Source of the DNA: Eledone cirrhosa
Taxonomy: Eukaryota
Length of the DNA: 64,000 nucleotides
Direction: 5' to 3'
Assembly (NCBI GenBank): GCA_964016885.1
Contig: OZ024742.1
Location: forward strand, 67,952,001-68,016,000
In this document: positions 39,089 through 52,100 of the stretch, one piece after another
How the letters are laid out: every line of letters starts with the position of its first letter
Numbering within the stretch: the stretch's first letter is position 1
Position numbers and translations under genes: made by a program
Notes under the pieces: generated by a model
Told to the model about the DNA's origin: nothing
The model's database searches: none
Seen by the model: the letters and a program-made list of their open reading frames with translations, nothing else

Positions 39089-42000
39089 CTACAGGCTTAT
39101 GTAAAGTGAAGGCCCATTCACACGGGCCATTCTCGCCACTTTCACCCACCTTTCATAAAAACGACTGGGGTGGAGCACCTCTCTCTCCATCCTGATCCTT
39201 CTTCCGAAATGATATCGGAAGAAACGGACCAGTTGTTGGCCAGAGAGAAAGGTGCCTGACCTCAGTCCTTTCAGACGCGTCCACCATACAACCTCTTTCG
39301 CCATGGCTATTACGCACAGAAACACCGCCTCTGCTTCATCTTTGAAGGGGGGAGGCGGCTTGATCATTACAATAGACTCGGTGGTCAACCGGATCGGTCC
39401 CACCCTTGACAGCAGTTGTTCGACATAGCCCCACAGATCGGCTACGCCCGAGCAGTGTACCAATGCGTGTGCAACGGTTTCCTCGTCGCACACGCATCTG
39501 GGACAGATCTTTTTGGCGGGGTCCCTACCCGGGCGCCCGTGTCTGTAGAGCCTTTCTCGAACGGGTAAAGCCCCTCGGTAGCACTGCCAGGCCAGGGACT
39601 TCTGGAAGTTGTCCATAGGTCCCGGGCTGAATGTCCTACCGAACAGGCCGGCCAGTTCGTCCTCCTCCATATCTAGGGTTTCTCCGAGGGCGTCGTCGCA
39701 CCTGCTGCGTACCAGCCCTCTATAGTATGTTGCGGTGGAGTCTCCACTGATAACCGGATCCCCCTGCCAGAGGGCGGTGAGCGCCTGGGCACACTCAGTG
39801 TGTCAGGCGCCCAGTTTTCTCGGTCTCTGCTTGACCCAGGATTGCAGCTCGGTGAGTGAGACGAGTCTGGGAAAGGTTCGTCTCACAAACGAGGCCCACA
39901 CCGGTTGACCGGTGAGGAATACGTAGAGGTGCCGTAGCCTTAATGCGTGTTTACGCATCATTAGCCACGGCATCCCCAGCCCTCCTTTCGAAGGGTGTTG
40001 ACAGCAGATGGATCTCCTCACCATAGGAGCCCGCCTCTTCCAAAGGAATTGGAAGAGTGCGCGCTCCATCTTGGTGAGGGTTTCCCTTGGGCAGGGCACT
40101 ACGGTCTGGCGGTAGTAGATGACGGACGCTATGTAGGTGTTCGCCACCTCCGCCCGACCTTTCAGGGATAGTTTGCAACTGGCCCACTTCTGGGTCAGTG
40201 CAAACACCCTGTTCGTAACCTCCGCCCAGTTTTTCTCCACCTGGAGGTCCGGTCCGAACCAGACCCCGAGCAACTTCACCGGGCCCTCCGTCCAGCGTCC
40301 GACGACGCCATCGGAGGGCATCGGTCTGCCCCTCCACGTGCCGAGTTGCAAGCCGATCGACTTGTCCCGATTCAGCTTAGCCCCTGTGAACCTTTCGTAC
40401 TCCTCCAGTAAGGTGCCGACCGCCTCGATTTCGGAGGCCGTCGACACCATTACTGTCACGTCATCGGCGTAGGCCGACACCGCTTTCCGCAATCCCGGTT
40501 CCAAAGGGATGCCCTGCAACAACTCCAACTTCCGCAGTAGTGGCTCGAGAGTCAACACATACAGAAGGGAGGAGAGAGGGCACCCTTGTCGGATGGACCG
40601 CGCGATTTTGAACGGCTCCGAGAGGTAGCCGTTCACCTTGACCCTAGAGCAGATGCGGTTGCTGTGCATAGCAGTGATCCAGCCCCTGAGAACGGGTCCG
40701 AAGCCTGCCGCCGCTAGCACCGCATCCAGGTAACCATGGTCGACCCTATCGAACGCCTTAGATTGATCCAAGTTGATCAGAGCCCCACCAAAGCCGGGTT
40801 CGTTCACAACCCTCTCTATGATGTATCGCATGAGGTGGATGTTGTCATGGATGGACGTGGACGGGATAGCGCATGTCTGCGCATCTCCCACCAGGTTGCC
40901 CACGACAAGCGCCAACCTCTTTGCTAGCACCTTGGCCAAAATCTGTAACTCTGTATTTAGCAGAGTTATGGGCCTGAAGTTACTTATTTCGTCCCCCTTG
41001 TTCTCGTCCTTCCTCACTAGCGTAACTACGCCCTTGGTCACAGTACAGGGAATTCTCCCGTTCTGTTGCCAGTGGCAGTAGACCGCCTCGAGGAGATCGG
41101 GGAACAAGTCCGGCATAGCTAGATATAATTCGTAAGGAAGACCATCGAGACCCGGGGATTTGCGTTTGCCGCATTGGCTCAGCACGTCCTCTATCTCAGC
41201 GGCCGAAATCGGCTCCTCGCAGGACTTCGCCTCCCTGTCCGAGAGGCGCGGCAGGCCGTCGAGGTATGGACCGAAGTCCACGTTCCCAACCAGCTCCCCG
41301 ACCCTCCCGAACAGTCGGGCAAAGTGCCTTTGAAAGGCCTCACACATCTGCTTAGGCTCAAGAATCGCCCGTCCATCCAGGTCTCGCAAAGACCGGATGG
41401 TGGATTTAGTTCCACTGTTGGCCTCTGTCACGCGGGCCCAGCTAACAGCTTTGGTCCCCTCGTTCCCTAGAGCACGTATTTTACTTCGGACAACGCAGCC
41501 TTCGTGCTTCGCGTCGAAAAACTGGCTCAAAGCCGTTCTCGACGCTAGCACTCTGGCCACGTCGCCGCTTCTAATAGCCTCTTCTACTCTATCTATTAGC
41601 TCCCTTTCCTTCCTATTCCTATCCGCAGCTAGAACCTTACTAAATTCTATCGAGACTACTCTGATCTCTCTCTTTAGAGATACCCACCACCTGCTGTTGA
41701 CGATCGCTCCAGTCAACCGTTCCTTAACTAACGTACTAATCCGATCACTGTAGGCTCTACTTGCCGGCAAGGACAAGTTGAGCTTCCAGTAACCGGGGCC
41801 CTGTCTATGCGTTCTATCAAGGTTGACCATGCAGGTCACCAACTTGTGGTCTGAATAGCCAACCATGAGCATTTCTGGACAACTTAAAAAGTCCCTGTCC
41901 TTATTTCTAACTAAAAATCTATCTAGGTACGACCTAGATGATCCGCTGCGATTTGACCAAGACCAGGTTGGCACCGTCGGAAAATCTAGTCGAAATCTAT

Positions 42001-42526
42001 CGGCCAGGTCAAATCGGCCGAGTAACCCCTTGAGGCTGTTGCACCCCTCTCTATCGGGACATGCCCCTGCATAGTCCCAACGTGCATCCAGGATACCATT
42101 CCAATCCCCCACTAAAAGCAGGGAACGGGATGTCCCTAGAAAAGACTCCAGACGCTGGAAAAAGTCGGGCCGCTCAGTCCCAAAAGGGGCATATGCGGCT
42201 ACCAGCCTAAAGGCTCTACCTTCACCACTGCCAAGGTCCAGCACCACCAGTCGACCCCCCGGGTCCAAGTGAACTATCTGTGTTGCAAGGCCCATATGTT
42301 TTTGCAGTAGAACGACAACCCCACCCCCACCTCCGGGCTGACAGAGAGATGCGTGCATCTCAAAGTCGTCAAAGGTGGGGGCTAGCTGTCGCATGCTGCT
42401 GATCCGGGCCTCGCAGATAACCATCACATTTATAGATTGTGACCTGAGGTCATTTAGAAGCATTGCTTGCTTCCAAGACGAGTCCAGGCCACGCGCATTT
42501 AGACACCCTACTCTTAGCACAGCCAT
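39089..42526 (-). CDS. T1 ORF2 (APE endonuclease + RT + C-terminal Cys-rich domain) with one premature TGA at 39803-39805
   Basis: Motifs LNARGL, YAP, GDWN, SYLDRF, SDH, KSPGLDG, FRPITLLN, LDQSKAFDRV, RQGCPLS, YADD and CPRC..ETVAH. The two ORF-track pieces are in frame, and T2 has TGG at the stop position. Confidence 0.93.
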
Positions 42527-42550
42527 GTTGGTGGTAAGGAGAAAAGGCAC

Positions 42551-44442
42551 TTACCTCTCTGCGTCCCGGGAAACGGGCCGCTCAATTTCCATGCTGGTTG
42601 GGGATGGGTTGTTGGGTGGGGTGGTGGTTTGTGGAAGTGAAGGGGCATCGGTGTGTTGTGGGGTTGGGGTGTTTGTGGTTGAGTGGGTGTCTGGGTGGGG
42701 TGGGGGTGGGTGAAATTTTTTAGGAGGACGCGGTTGATTGGTTTGGCGCAGGGGGGGGGGGGGGCCAACGTCCTCCGTGAAATTTATTTTCAGTGTTTTG
42801 TACAAGTGCATTTGGACTTTTATCATTTTTAAATGAGGTAGTCCCACAGCAGTTTTAAAGTTAGGCCCTTCGGTTTGGACCGAAGGGTTTGCTGAAATTG
42901 TTTTCCGTAATTCTTTGTTGTCTGTGTTAATGTATGTATATTGTAAGGTCTTTTTTTGTGTAGCAGATAGTGTTGTGTGACAGGGAGGCGTGGTTTGTGT
43001 GTAGTTTGTTCTCTTGGGGGGGGGGGGGGGTTAAAGTTAACATGTGTGTCTGTGGTGCGTCTCCTCTTCTTTCTTTTTACTTGTTGGAAGGGATCTTTTT
43101 CGTCTTGCGACGAAAGGGGTTCGTCTTCCTTGTTGGGTGGGAGGGGTATGTTTTCTGGTAGTGTTTGCGGTGTGTGTGTTTTTGTATTTGTTTTGGGTGG
43201 GGAGGGATTGGGTGGGACGGTATTCTGTGTTATTTTTTCACGTGTTTGTTGTTGTTGTTGTTGTGGTGGTGGTGGTGGTGGTGGTGGTGGTGGTGGTGGT
43301 GGGGTTGTTGGTTTTTGTTGTTGTTGTTGTTGTGGTTGTTGTGGTTGTTGTTGTTGGGGCGGTGTTGGTGTTGGTAGCAGTGTTTTTTTCTGTGTGAGCT
43401 GGGGACAGGCAGCCCTCAGGTGACCTCTATTGCCACAGAGGTAACAGGAGGGACGCCTACCCTCCACAATAATGTTGAGGTGGGTACGGTCATCCAGCAT
43501 GACGCGCTCAGGGATTTGGGCAATGCGTTCTGGCTTTATTTGGGTCAGAACTTCGATGCTCGTTCCACTGAACGCGTCGCCGGATGCCTTCCCTATTGAA
43601 ATGAGGTTGTCCTCGTCTAAATTGAGGAAGCCGGTTAGTAACCACCAGTAGTTTATGTTTGGGGTGATGGTGGTTATCCATATCCTCTGGGGTTTTTTAC
43701 CCATGTAGGTGGGGAAGAAGGTGTAGTGTGTGGACCGAATTGGCGACACAGAGTATTTTTTTGCCGCCAATTCGTCTTTCATCAATATGGATAAACTCCC
43801 ATAGAGTTTATCCTTTTGTATAAAAGTGATGTCACTCATCGCGTCTTTCATGACTAACTGAATTTCGGCTTGAGATGGTTGCGCTGGTTTTTTTGTTTTA
43901 TTTAAAATTGTTCGGAATACGACAGTTCGTAATTCCGTCTGTTTTTTTAGCTCTGGAGGTGAATGTATAGAAAACGAACCGTTTTCGCCAAAAGATACAT
44001 ATTTCTTGGCTTTTTCCAGCATTTCTTTTGCTTTTGAAATATCTTCAAGCACATACGCGACTGATAATTTAGCCGTTTGTGCAAAAGATATTTTGTTTTC
44101 GCTTTGGATTTTAGTATTGTTTTGTTTCTCGTCGTTTGAGTTGTTTTCATCTTTGTTGTTGTTGTTGTTGTCTTTCTCGTTTGGTGTGTGGGTACTTGTG
44201 ACGTTTGTGTTGTTGTTGTTTTTGTTGTCTTTATTGTTGCTGTTGTTGTCGTTGTTGTTGTTGTTGTTTTCAAATTCTTGTGTAGTTGTGGCTACATCTA
44301 GTGGTCGGTCAACAGGTGAAGACAATTCTTCCTCTCTCTGACCTCTGCCTTTGGCATCTGCTGCTGTGACAGTGGCAGGGGGAAGCTGTGAGTATGACTT
44401 CCCCTTTCCTTCTTTGATTGATGGTGAAGATGCTTCAGCCAT
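42551..44442 (-). CDS. T1 ORF1 gag-like protein with zinc knuckle; frameshifted near the C-terminus
   Basis: CYLCGNRGHLRAAC knuckle plus N- and P/Q-rich tracts. C-terminal peptides homologous to T3 ORF1 lie in other frames across the G-runs at ~43016 and ~42751. Confidence 0.85.
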
Positions 44443-44666
44443 TTTTCTCAAAATAGGGTTTTTCGAAGTTTTTCGAAAGATAAAATGTTCACAATACTAT
44501 TTCGCCCAAAGGCGCAGAATATTTTGAGAGACCGACCAGATCAAAATTTGACCTGGCAGTCCCTCTACAAAATGGTACAAAAATGAAAGTTTACAGTTTA
44601 CAATTTCAGTATGAATTTAAACAAAAACTTACCGAGCGAGCTCAGCACATGTGTCCATCGTAGAGC

Positions 44667-44773
<107 letters not shown>

Positions 44774-47700
44774 TTCTTTATTTGCCACGAGAGCACAAAA
44801 GAAAAGGGGACAATACAAAGACATGCCATGGATTTTACATACAGTCGTGTAAAAAATATAAAAATAAACAATTACAACAATCGAAATCCCCAATAGGGGG
44901 GAGGCGCCACAAATGGGTTGTTTAATACTCCGTCGATAGAACAACCCTCAACTCCAGGAGCGTGTTGTGCTAGTCCTCCTTTCTTCCTTTTGCTCTCTTC
45001 CTCAACATACAGGTTTATAAACATTGAAGGCCCAATCACTCGGGCCATTTTTGCTACATTCACCCAACTTTCAGTAAATTTACTGGGGTGCAGTGCCTCT
45101 CTCTCCACCCTGATTCTCCTTCTGAGGTGATACTTAAAGAAGGGAATCAATTGTTGTCCGGAGAGAAAGGCATCTGTGCTCAGTCCTCTCAACCTCGTCC
45201 ACCACATAACTTCTTTCACCATAGCCACCGTACAGAGGAAAACCGCCTCTCTTTCGTTTTTGAAAGAGGCTGGCGGTTTGATCCTTACTATGGACTCGGC
45301 AGTCAACTGGATTTGTCCCATACGCGACAGCAGTTGTTCTGCATAGTTCCACAGGTCAGTTACGCCCGGGCAGTGTACAATTGCGTGCAGGACTGTTTCA
45401 ATGTCCTGCACACATCTTGGACACGTCCTCTTGGAAGGATCCCTGCCGGGGCGTCCGTGCCTGTAGATCTTGTCACGAACCGGTAGAGCTCCTCGGTAGC
45501 ATTGCCAGGCCATGAATCTCTGGAAGTTGTCCATAGGTCCCGAGCGGAAAGTCCTACCAAATAGACTGGTGAGCTCATCGTCTTCGACACCCAGAGTCTC
45601 TCCAAGCATGTGGTCGCCCTTGTAACGTACAATCGCTCTATAGAATGTCGAAGTGGAGTCTCCACTGATTGCTGCGCCCGCTTACCAGAGGACTGTGAGC
45701 GCCTGAGCGCATTCAATGTGCCAGGCGCCCATCGTTTTCGGTCTTTTCTTCACCCAGGACTGCAGCTCCGTCAGCGAGACGAGCTGTGGGAAAGCCTGTC
45801 TCACAAACGGTGCCCACACCAGTTGAGGGTCGGTGAGGAATACCTGGAGATGCCGCAGCCTCAGCGCATGTTTGCCACGGCATTACCAGCCCTCCGTTGG
45901 AAGGTTGCTGACAGCAGACGGATCTCCTCACCAGCGGAGCCTGCTTCTTCCACAGAAACTGGAAGAGCATGCGTTCCATCTTGGCGAGGTGTTCACGGGG
46001 ACAAGGCACGACAGTCAAGCGGTAGTAGATGACGGACGCTATGAAAGTGTTCGCCACCTCCGCTTGACCTTTCAAGGACAGTTTGCACTCTGCCCACTTC
46101 TGGGTGAGTGCAAACACCTTGGCCGTGACCTCGTTCCAGTTTTTCTCCACCTGGAGGTCTGGACCGAACCAGACACCGAGCAATTTCACCGGTCCGTCCG
46201 TCCAGCGTCCAACGACGCTGTCGGACGTCATCGGCTTGCCTCACCACGTACCGAGTTTCAAACCGACAGACTTGTCCGGGTTTAGTTTTGCTCCCGTCAG
46301 CGTTTCGTATTCTTTCAGTAAGTTGCCGAGGTGCTCGACACCATTACCGTCACGTCGTCGGCATAAGCCGACGCCGCTTTGCGCAGTCCCGGTTCTAGAG
46401 GGATGCCCTTCAACAGCTCCAATGTCCGCAGTAGTGGCTCTGGAGTCAATACATACCGAATGGAGGAGAGAGGGCACCCCTGTCGAATGGAACGCGTGAT
46501 TGCGAACGGCTCCGATAGGTAGCCGTTCACCTTGAGCCTCGAGTAGATGCTGGTGTGCATCGCCTCGATACATCCTCTGAACACGAAACCGGCCGCCTTG
46601 AGAACCGCTTCCAAGTATCGATAGTCGACCCTATCGAAAGCCTTAGTCAGTCTAAGAGCCCCACCAAAGCCGGGTTTACTACCCACCCTCTATATGATGT
46701 ATCGCATGAGGTGGAGATTGTCGTGTATGGACCTGGTCGGGATTGCACACGTTTGCGCTTTCCCTACCGGGGTCTCGATTACAAGCGCCAACCTCGTCGC
46801 TAGCACCTTGGCCAAAATCTTTAACTCTGTGTTGAGCAGAGTTATGGGCCTGAAGTTGTTAATTTCGTCCCCCTTGTTCTCGTCTTTCCTGATCAGCGTT
46901 ACTACGCCCTTGCCTGCAAAACTAGGAATTCTCCCGTTCTGCTACCAATTGCAGTAGACGGCTTCGAGGACGCCAGAGAACAAGTCCGGCATGACTATGT
47001 AAAACTCGTAGGGTAGACCATCTAGACCGAGTGACTTGCGTTTCCCGCAGCGGCCCAGAGCGTCCCGTATCTCAGTGTCCATGATCGGTCTTTCGCAGAA
47101 CTCGGCGTCCGTGTTCAAGAGACGGGGCAGGCCGCCGAGGTATGAACTAAAGTCCATTGCCCTGTTCGGCTCACCGTCGTTCTGCTCAAACAGTCGCGCA
47201 AAGTGCCGCTGAAAGGCCGCGTACATTTGCTTGGGGTCAAGTAGCACGCGTCCGTTTTGGTCTTTCAAAGACCGAATCGTGGACTTGTTGCCACTTTTTG
47301 CCTCCGCCACTCGGGCCCAGCTGACAGCTTTCGCTCCTTCGTTTCCTAGAGCACATGTTTTGCTTCTGACCACGCAGCCTTCGTGTTTCGCATCGAAGAA
47401 CTGGTCCAGTGCCGTTCTCGACGCTAACACTCTAGCCCCGTTGCCACTTCTAAGTGCCTCCTCTACCTTGGCTACTAGTTCTCTTTCTATTCTGTTTTTC
47501 TCTAAGGCTAACTCTCTGCTATACCCTATCGATTATATTCTAATTGCTTTCTTGAGAGAGTACCCCCATCTATTGTTGACGATGGCTCCCGTTAACTGTT
47601 GCTGACTAGTCTACTTATCCGTTCACTGTAAGCTTTACGTGCCGGCAACGACACGTTCAGCTTCCAGTATCCGGGACCCTGTCTATGTATTCTATCACGG

Positions 47701-49015
47701 TTGACTAAGCAGACGACTAACTTGTGATCTGAATAGGCAACCATGTCCATTCGTGGACATTTTAACATCTCCTTGTCCCTTTCTCTAATGAAGAACCTAT
47801 CTAAATACCATCTAGATGTCCCACTGCGGTTTGCCCACGTCCACTGTGGTGCAGTCGGGAAATCCAGTCAATACCTATCGTAAAGTTTTGAGGCTGTTGC
47901 ACCCCGCTCTACTGGGACATGCTCCCACATAGTCCCATCGTGCATCTAGGATACCATTCCAGTCCCCCACTAAATGTAAGGAGCGAGACGTTCCCAGAAA
48001 AGACTCTAGACGCTTAAAGAAGTCTGGTCGTGATTGCGATTGCCCGGTCGGGGCATAAACGGCCACCAGTCTGAAGGCTCTACCTCCGATACTGTTCACG
48101 TCTAGGACTATTGGTGTCACAGATTGTTTTTGTGCGAGTGCCTCGCTTTTAAACAGTACGGAAACACTTCCGTACTGTTTTCCTCGCTGGAGAAAATCGA
48201 CAATTACTAGAATTTACTTGAAAGTATCTTCTATATCTGCTTGGTTAACAAATGTCGGGTTTCTTATGGAATTTGACACAGTCCTAAAGGTGACTGATCT
48301 GCGAATTGTGTCTTCCTTTATTTCAAGAGGTGAGTTAATTTTAAACCCACCTCTTTCTTCGAAAGTTACAAATTTTCTACCTTGCTGGAGCATATCACTT
48401 GCGTTGGAGAATCTTGTTTTTTGTTCACTGTTTCAGCGAAAGACATTTTCATTTTGTGTGGTGTTGCTGTTGTTGTTGTTATTGTTATCGTTGTTAGCCT
48501 CGGTGTTGGAAATCTCAGTTCCTTGTCGAGGTGAAACATTATGTGTAGATGTATCTCTAGAGTTGTTGATGTCTTTTTCATGTGTTTGTATGTTAATGGG
48601 TTTAATTCCTGTGTTTTCCTGTGTGTTATTGTTATTTTCTCCACTTCGACGGTCGAAATTTAAAAATCTTCAAGTGTTAATATATTTTTTTTCTTTGTTG
48701 ACAGTCGTGCGACGTCCATAGTAGCAGAAGCAGATATAACGTTAATATCTGCCTATTTCTCTCTCTTTTCTCTATTAACGTTCTTCAGCGTTCTTGTGTT
48801 GCTCAAGTTATTTAGTTTGTAAAATCTGATATTATAAAACAAATTTTTTAAAATAAAATTTTCGCCACTACAGGGGCAAAAAATGGGATTACCACCCAAC
48901 TGACAATTCAGCTTGGGGTTAATCTACAAAATATTATGTTTTTTCAAACAATTAGTTCGATTTTTTGTATAGAAATTAACAAAAAAGCTTACCGGCGATG
49001 TTCCACGCGTCAGAC

Positions 49016-49017
<2 letters not shown>
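44774..49017 (-). mobile_element. Tx1 copy T2: both ends present, ORF2 frameshifted, internal deletion fusing ORF1 to the endonuclease at ~48112
   Basis: ORF2 fragments spanning 45008-48110 are homologous to T1. The junction reads SVTPI|VLDV. An ORF1 N-terminal remnant lies at 48115-48720. Confidence 0.92.

Positions 49018-49020
<3 letters not shown>

Positions 49021-49104
<84 letters not shown>
49021..49104. repeat. (GATA)n array
   Basis: Direct reading. Confidence 0.97.
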
Positions 49105-52100
49105 TGTTTCTTTATTAGCCACAGGGGCACAAAAGAAGGGGACAAATACCAAGGGGGAAGTTTACATACAATAAAAAAACGTGTAAAATGTTATCACAAA
49201 TGCAATTTAAAACGTTAGTCGATTTTCTCCAATAGGGGGAGACAGTTTATATGGGTAACACATACCCCCGAAAAAATGTGCAACCCTCATCTCCGCAGTA
49301 GTGGCTCGAGAGTCAGTACGTACAGATGGGAGGAAAGAGAGCATCCCTGTCGAATGGATTGCGTAATATGGAACGGCTCCGAGAAGTAGCCGTTCACCTT
49401 GACCCTTGAGCAGATGTTGCTGTTGTGCATTGCAGCAATCCAGCCCCTGAACACGGGTCCGAAGCCTGCCGCCTCGAGCACCGCATCCAGGTAACGATGG
49501 TCAACCCTATCGAAAGCCTTAGACTGATACAAGTTGATCAGGGCCCCACCGAAGCCGGGTTTACACCCTACCCTCTCTATGATGTATCGCATGAGGTGGA
49601 GGTTGTCGTGTATGGACCTGGTCGGCATTGCGCATGTCTGCGCTTCTCCCACCAGGTTCTCGACGACAAGCGCTAGCCTCTTTGCCAACACCTTGGCCAA
49701 AATCTGTAACTCTGTGTTTAGTATCGTTATGGGCCGGAAGTAGCCTGTGTCATCCCCCTTATTCTCGTCCTTCCTGATTAGTGTGACCAGGCCCCCGGTT
49801 ACAGAACTGGGAATTCTCCCGTCCTGTTGTCAGTTGCAGTAGACCGCTTCCAGGAGACCGGACAATAAGTCCGGCATTGCTACGTAAAATTCGTAGGGTA
49901 GACCGTCGAGACCTGGAGATTTGCGTTTGCCGCATTGGCTTAGCGCGTCCCCTATCTCAGCGGCTGAAATCGGCTTTTCACAGAACTTTGCCTCGCTGTC
50001 CGAGAGTCGCGGTAGGCCGTCGAGGTATGGACCGAAATCCATAGCCTCTCCCGGCGCGCCGCGCCTCCCGAACAGTTGAGCAAAGTGCCGCTGAAAAGCC
50101 GCACACATCTGCTTCGGCTCACGTATCACGCGTCCGTTTTGGTCCTTCAAAGACCGAATCGTGGACTTGTTGCCACTTTTTTTCCTCCGTCACTCGGTCC
50201 CAGCTAACAGCTTTGGCTCCCTCGTTTCCCAGAGCACGTATTTTGCTTCTGAACGCAGCCCTCGTGCTTTGCGTCGAAGAACTCGTCCAAGGCCGTTCTC
50301 GTTGCTAGCACGCTGGGTACGTTGCCACTTCTAATTGCCTCTTCTACTTTATCTACCAGTTCCTTCTCGGTTCTATTTCTATCTAACGCTAATTCTTTAC
50401 TAAAAACTATCGAGTCTAATCTAACTGCCCTCTTGAGAGAGTACCACCATCTGTTGTTGACAATGGCCCCTGTCAAGTGCTGTTTAACTAAAGTGCTAAT
50501 CCGTCTACTGTAGGCTTTGCTTGTCGGTAACGACAAGTTCAGCTTCCAGTAGCCGGGTCCTTGTCCATGGGTTCTATCATGGTTGGCCATGCAGGTCACT
50601 AGTTTGTGATCTGAATAGGGCAACCATGAACATTTGTGGACAGCTTAACATGTCCCTATCCTTATTTCTAACTAGAACCCTATCTAGGTACGATCTAGAT
50701 GTTCCGCTACGATTACTCCACGTCCACAGTGGCGCAGTCTGAAAATCTAGTCGATATCTATCGGCCAGGTGAAATCAGTCGATTAACTGTTTGAGGCTGT
50801 TACACCCCCCTTTATCGGGACATGCTCCCACATAGTCCCAACGTGCATCTAGGATTCCATTCCAGTCCCCCACTAAAAGCAAGGAGAGGGACGTTCCCAG
50901 AAAAGTCTCTAGACGTTTGAAGAAGTCTGGCCGCGGTGTCCCTGGGGGGGGGGGGCATATGCGGCCACCAGCCTGAAGGCTCCACCTTCACTACCGTCAA
51001 CGTCTAGGACCACCAGTCGACCCTCCGGGTCCAGATGTACCGTCTGTGTTACGAGGCCCAGGTGTTTCCACAGCAAAACGGCAAGTCCGCCCCCACCCCC
51101 GGTTGACAGAGAAATGCGTAGATCTCAAAGTCATCGAAGAGGGGGGCCAGCTGTCGCTCGCTGTGGATCCTGGACTCGCAAATGGCTACCACATCCATAC
51201 TGTGCGATCTGAGGTCGTTTAAGAGTTTGCCCTGTTTCCAGGGCATCCCCAGGCCGCGTACGTTCACACATCCAACTCTTATATTGGCCATGTTGGTGCT
51301 GAAAAGTTAAAAGAGGAAAAGAGATCACTCACCCTTCGTCTCCTGGGGACCAGGCCGCACGATTTCCATGGGGGTGTTGGAGGGGTTGTCTGGATGGGTC
51401 ATGGTTCCCGGCGGGGTGGGGACGGAGATGTTTGGTGGGTGGGGTCTGGTGGGATGGGGGTGTCTGGGGTGGGGAGACATTTGAGAAGGAGGCGGTTGAG
51501 TGGTTTCACGCAGGAATTCTCCACATCCTTCTCAAATGTTTCTTTTAGGGACCTATAAGTTTGTATAGGGACCCTAATCAGTTTTAGGTTCAGTTTTTTG
51601 CTATTTTTAATAGAGTCGGCGAAAGTTTTCCCTTCGGTTTTCACCGAAGGGTCGTTCGTGATGGTCTCCATTAGTGTTTTGTTTTCAGTGTTTATGTAAG
51701 TGTAAGAGTAATTTTCTTGTGTTGTGTTTGTTTTTGTCTGTAGTTCTTGTGTGTGCCTTCGTTTTGTTGTAGGTATTTTGTTTTCAGGAGGTGGGGGTTT
51801 TGTTTGTGATGTTTTTTGTTGTTTGTGTTGGTGGTTGTATGTTTGTAGTAGTGTTTGCTGGTTTTTTGCTTTTGTGATGTATTTTCTTTCTTTTCAAGCG
51901 ATGTGGTTCTCCCTCGTCTTCACTGGGTGATGGCGAGATAGCCTCATCTGTTGTATTGTTGTTGTGATGGTGTTGGTGGTTGTGTTGTTTTGATGGGTGT
52001 CGGCAGAAGAGCCTTTTTTTATTCATTAATTTAGGACAGGAAGCCCTCAGGTGAACCCTGCTAAAGCAATGGTAACATGAAGGCCGCCTACCCTCAACCG

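Larger units (their letters stand above)
38825..44666 (-). mobile_element. Tx1 copy T1: full-length (~5.8 kb) Tx1/L1-clade non-LTR retrotransposon
   Basis: 5'UTR, CCHC ORF1, APE-RT-Zn finger ORF2, and a 3'UTR ending AATAAAAGAAACAT + (ATCT)n. Confidence 0.95.

Noticed and set aside
39803-39805. In-frame TGA codons here, at 61838 and at ~27165 as possible selenocysteine or readthrough
   Set aside because: They replace Trp (TGG in T2), a probable Gly and a non-Cys position, so ordinary nonsense mutations explain them.
40137-42713. Plus-strand ORFs overlapping the Tx1 and Penelope ORFs
   Set aside because: Antisense shadows of GC-richer coding sequence.
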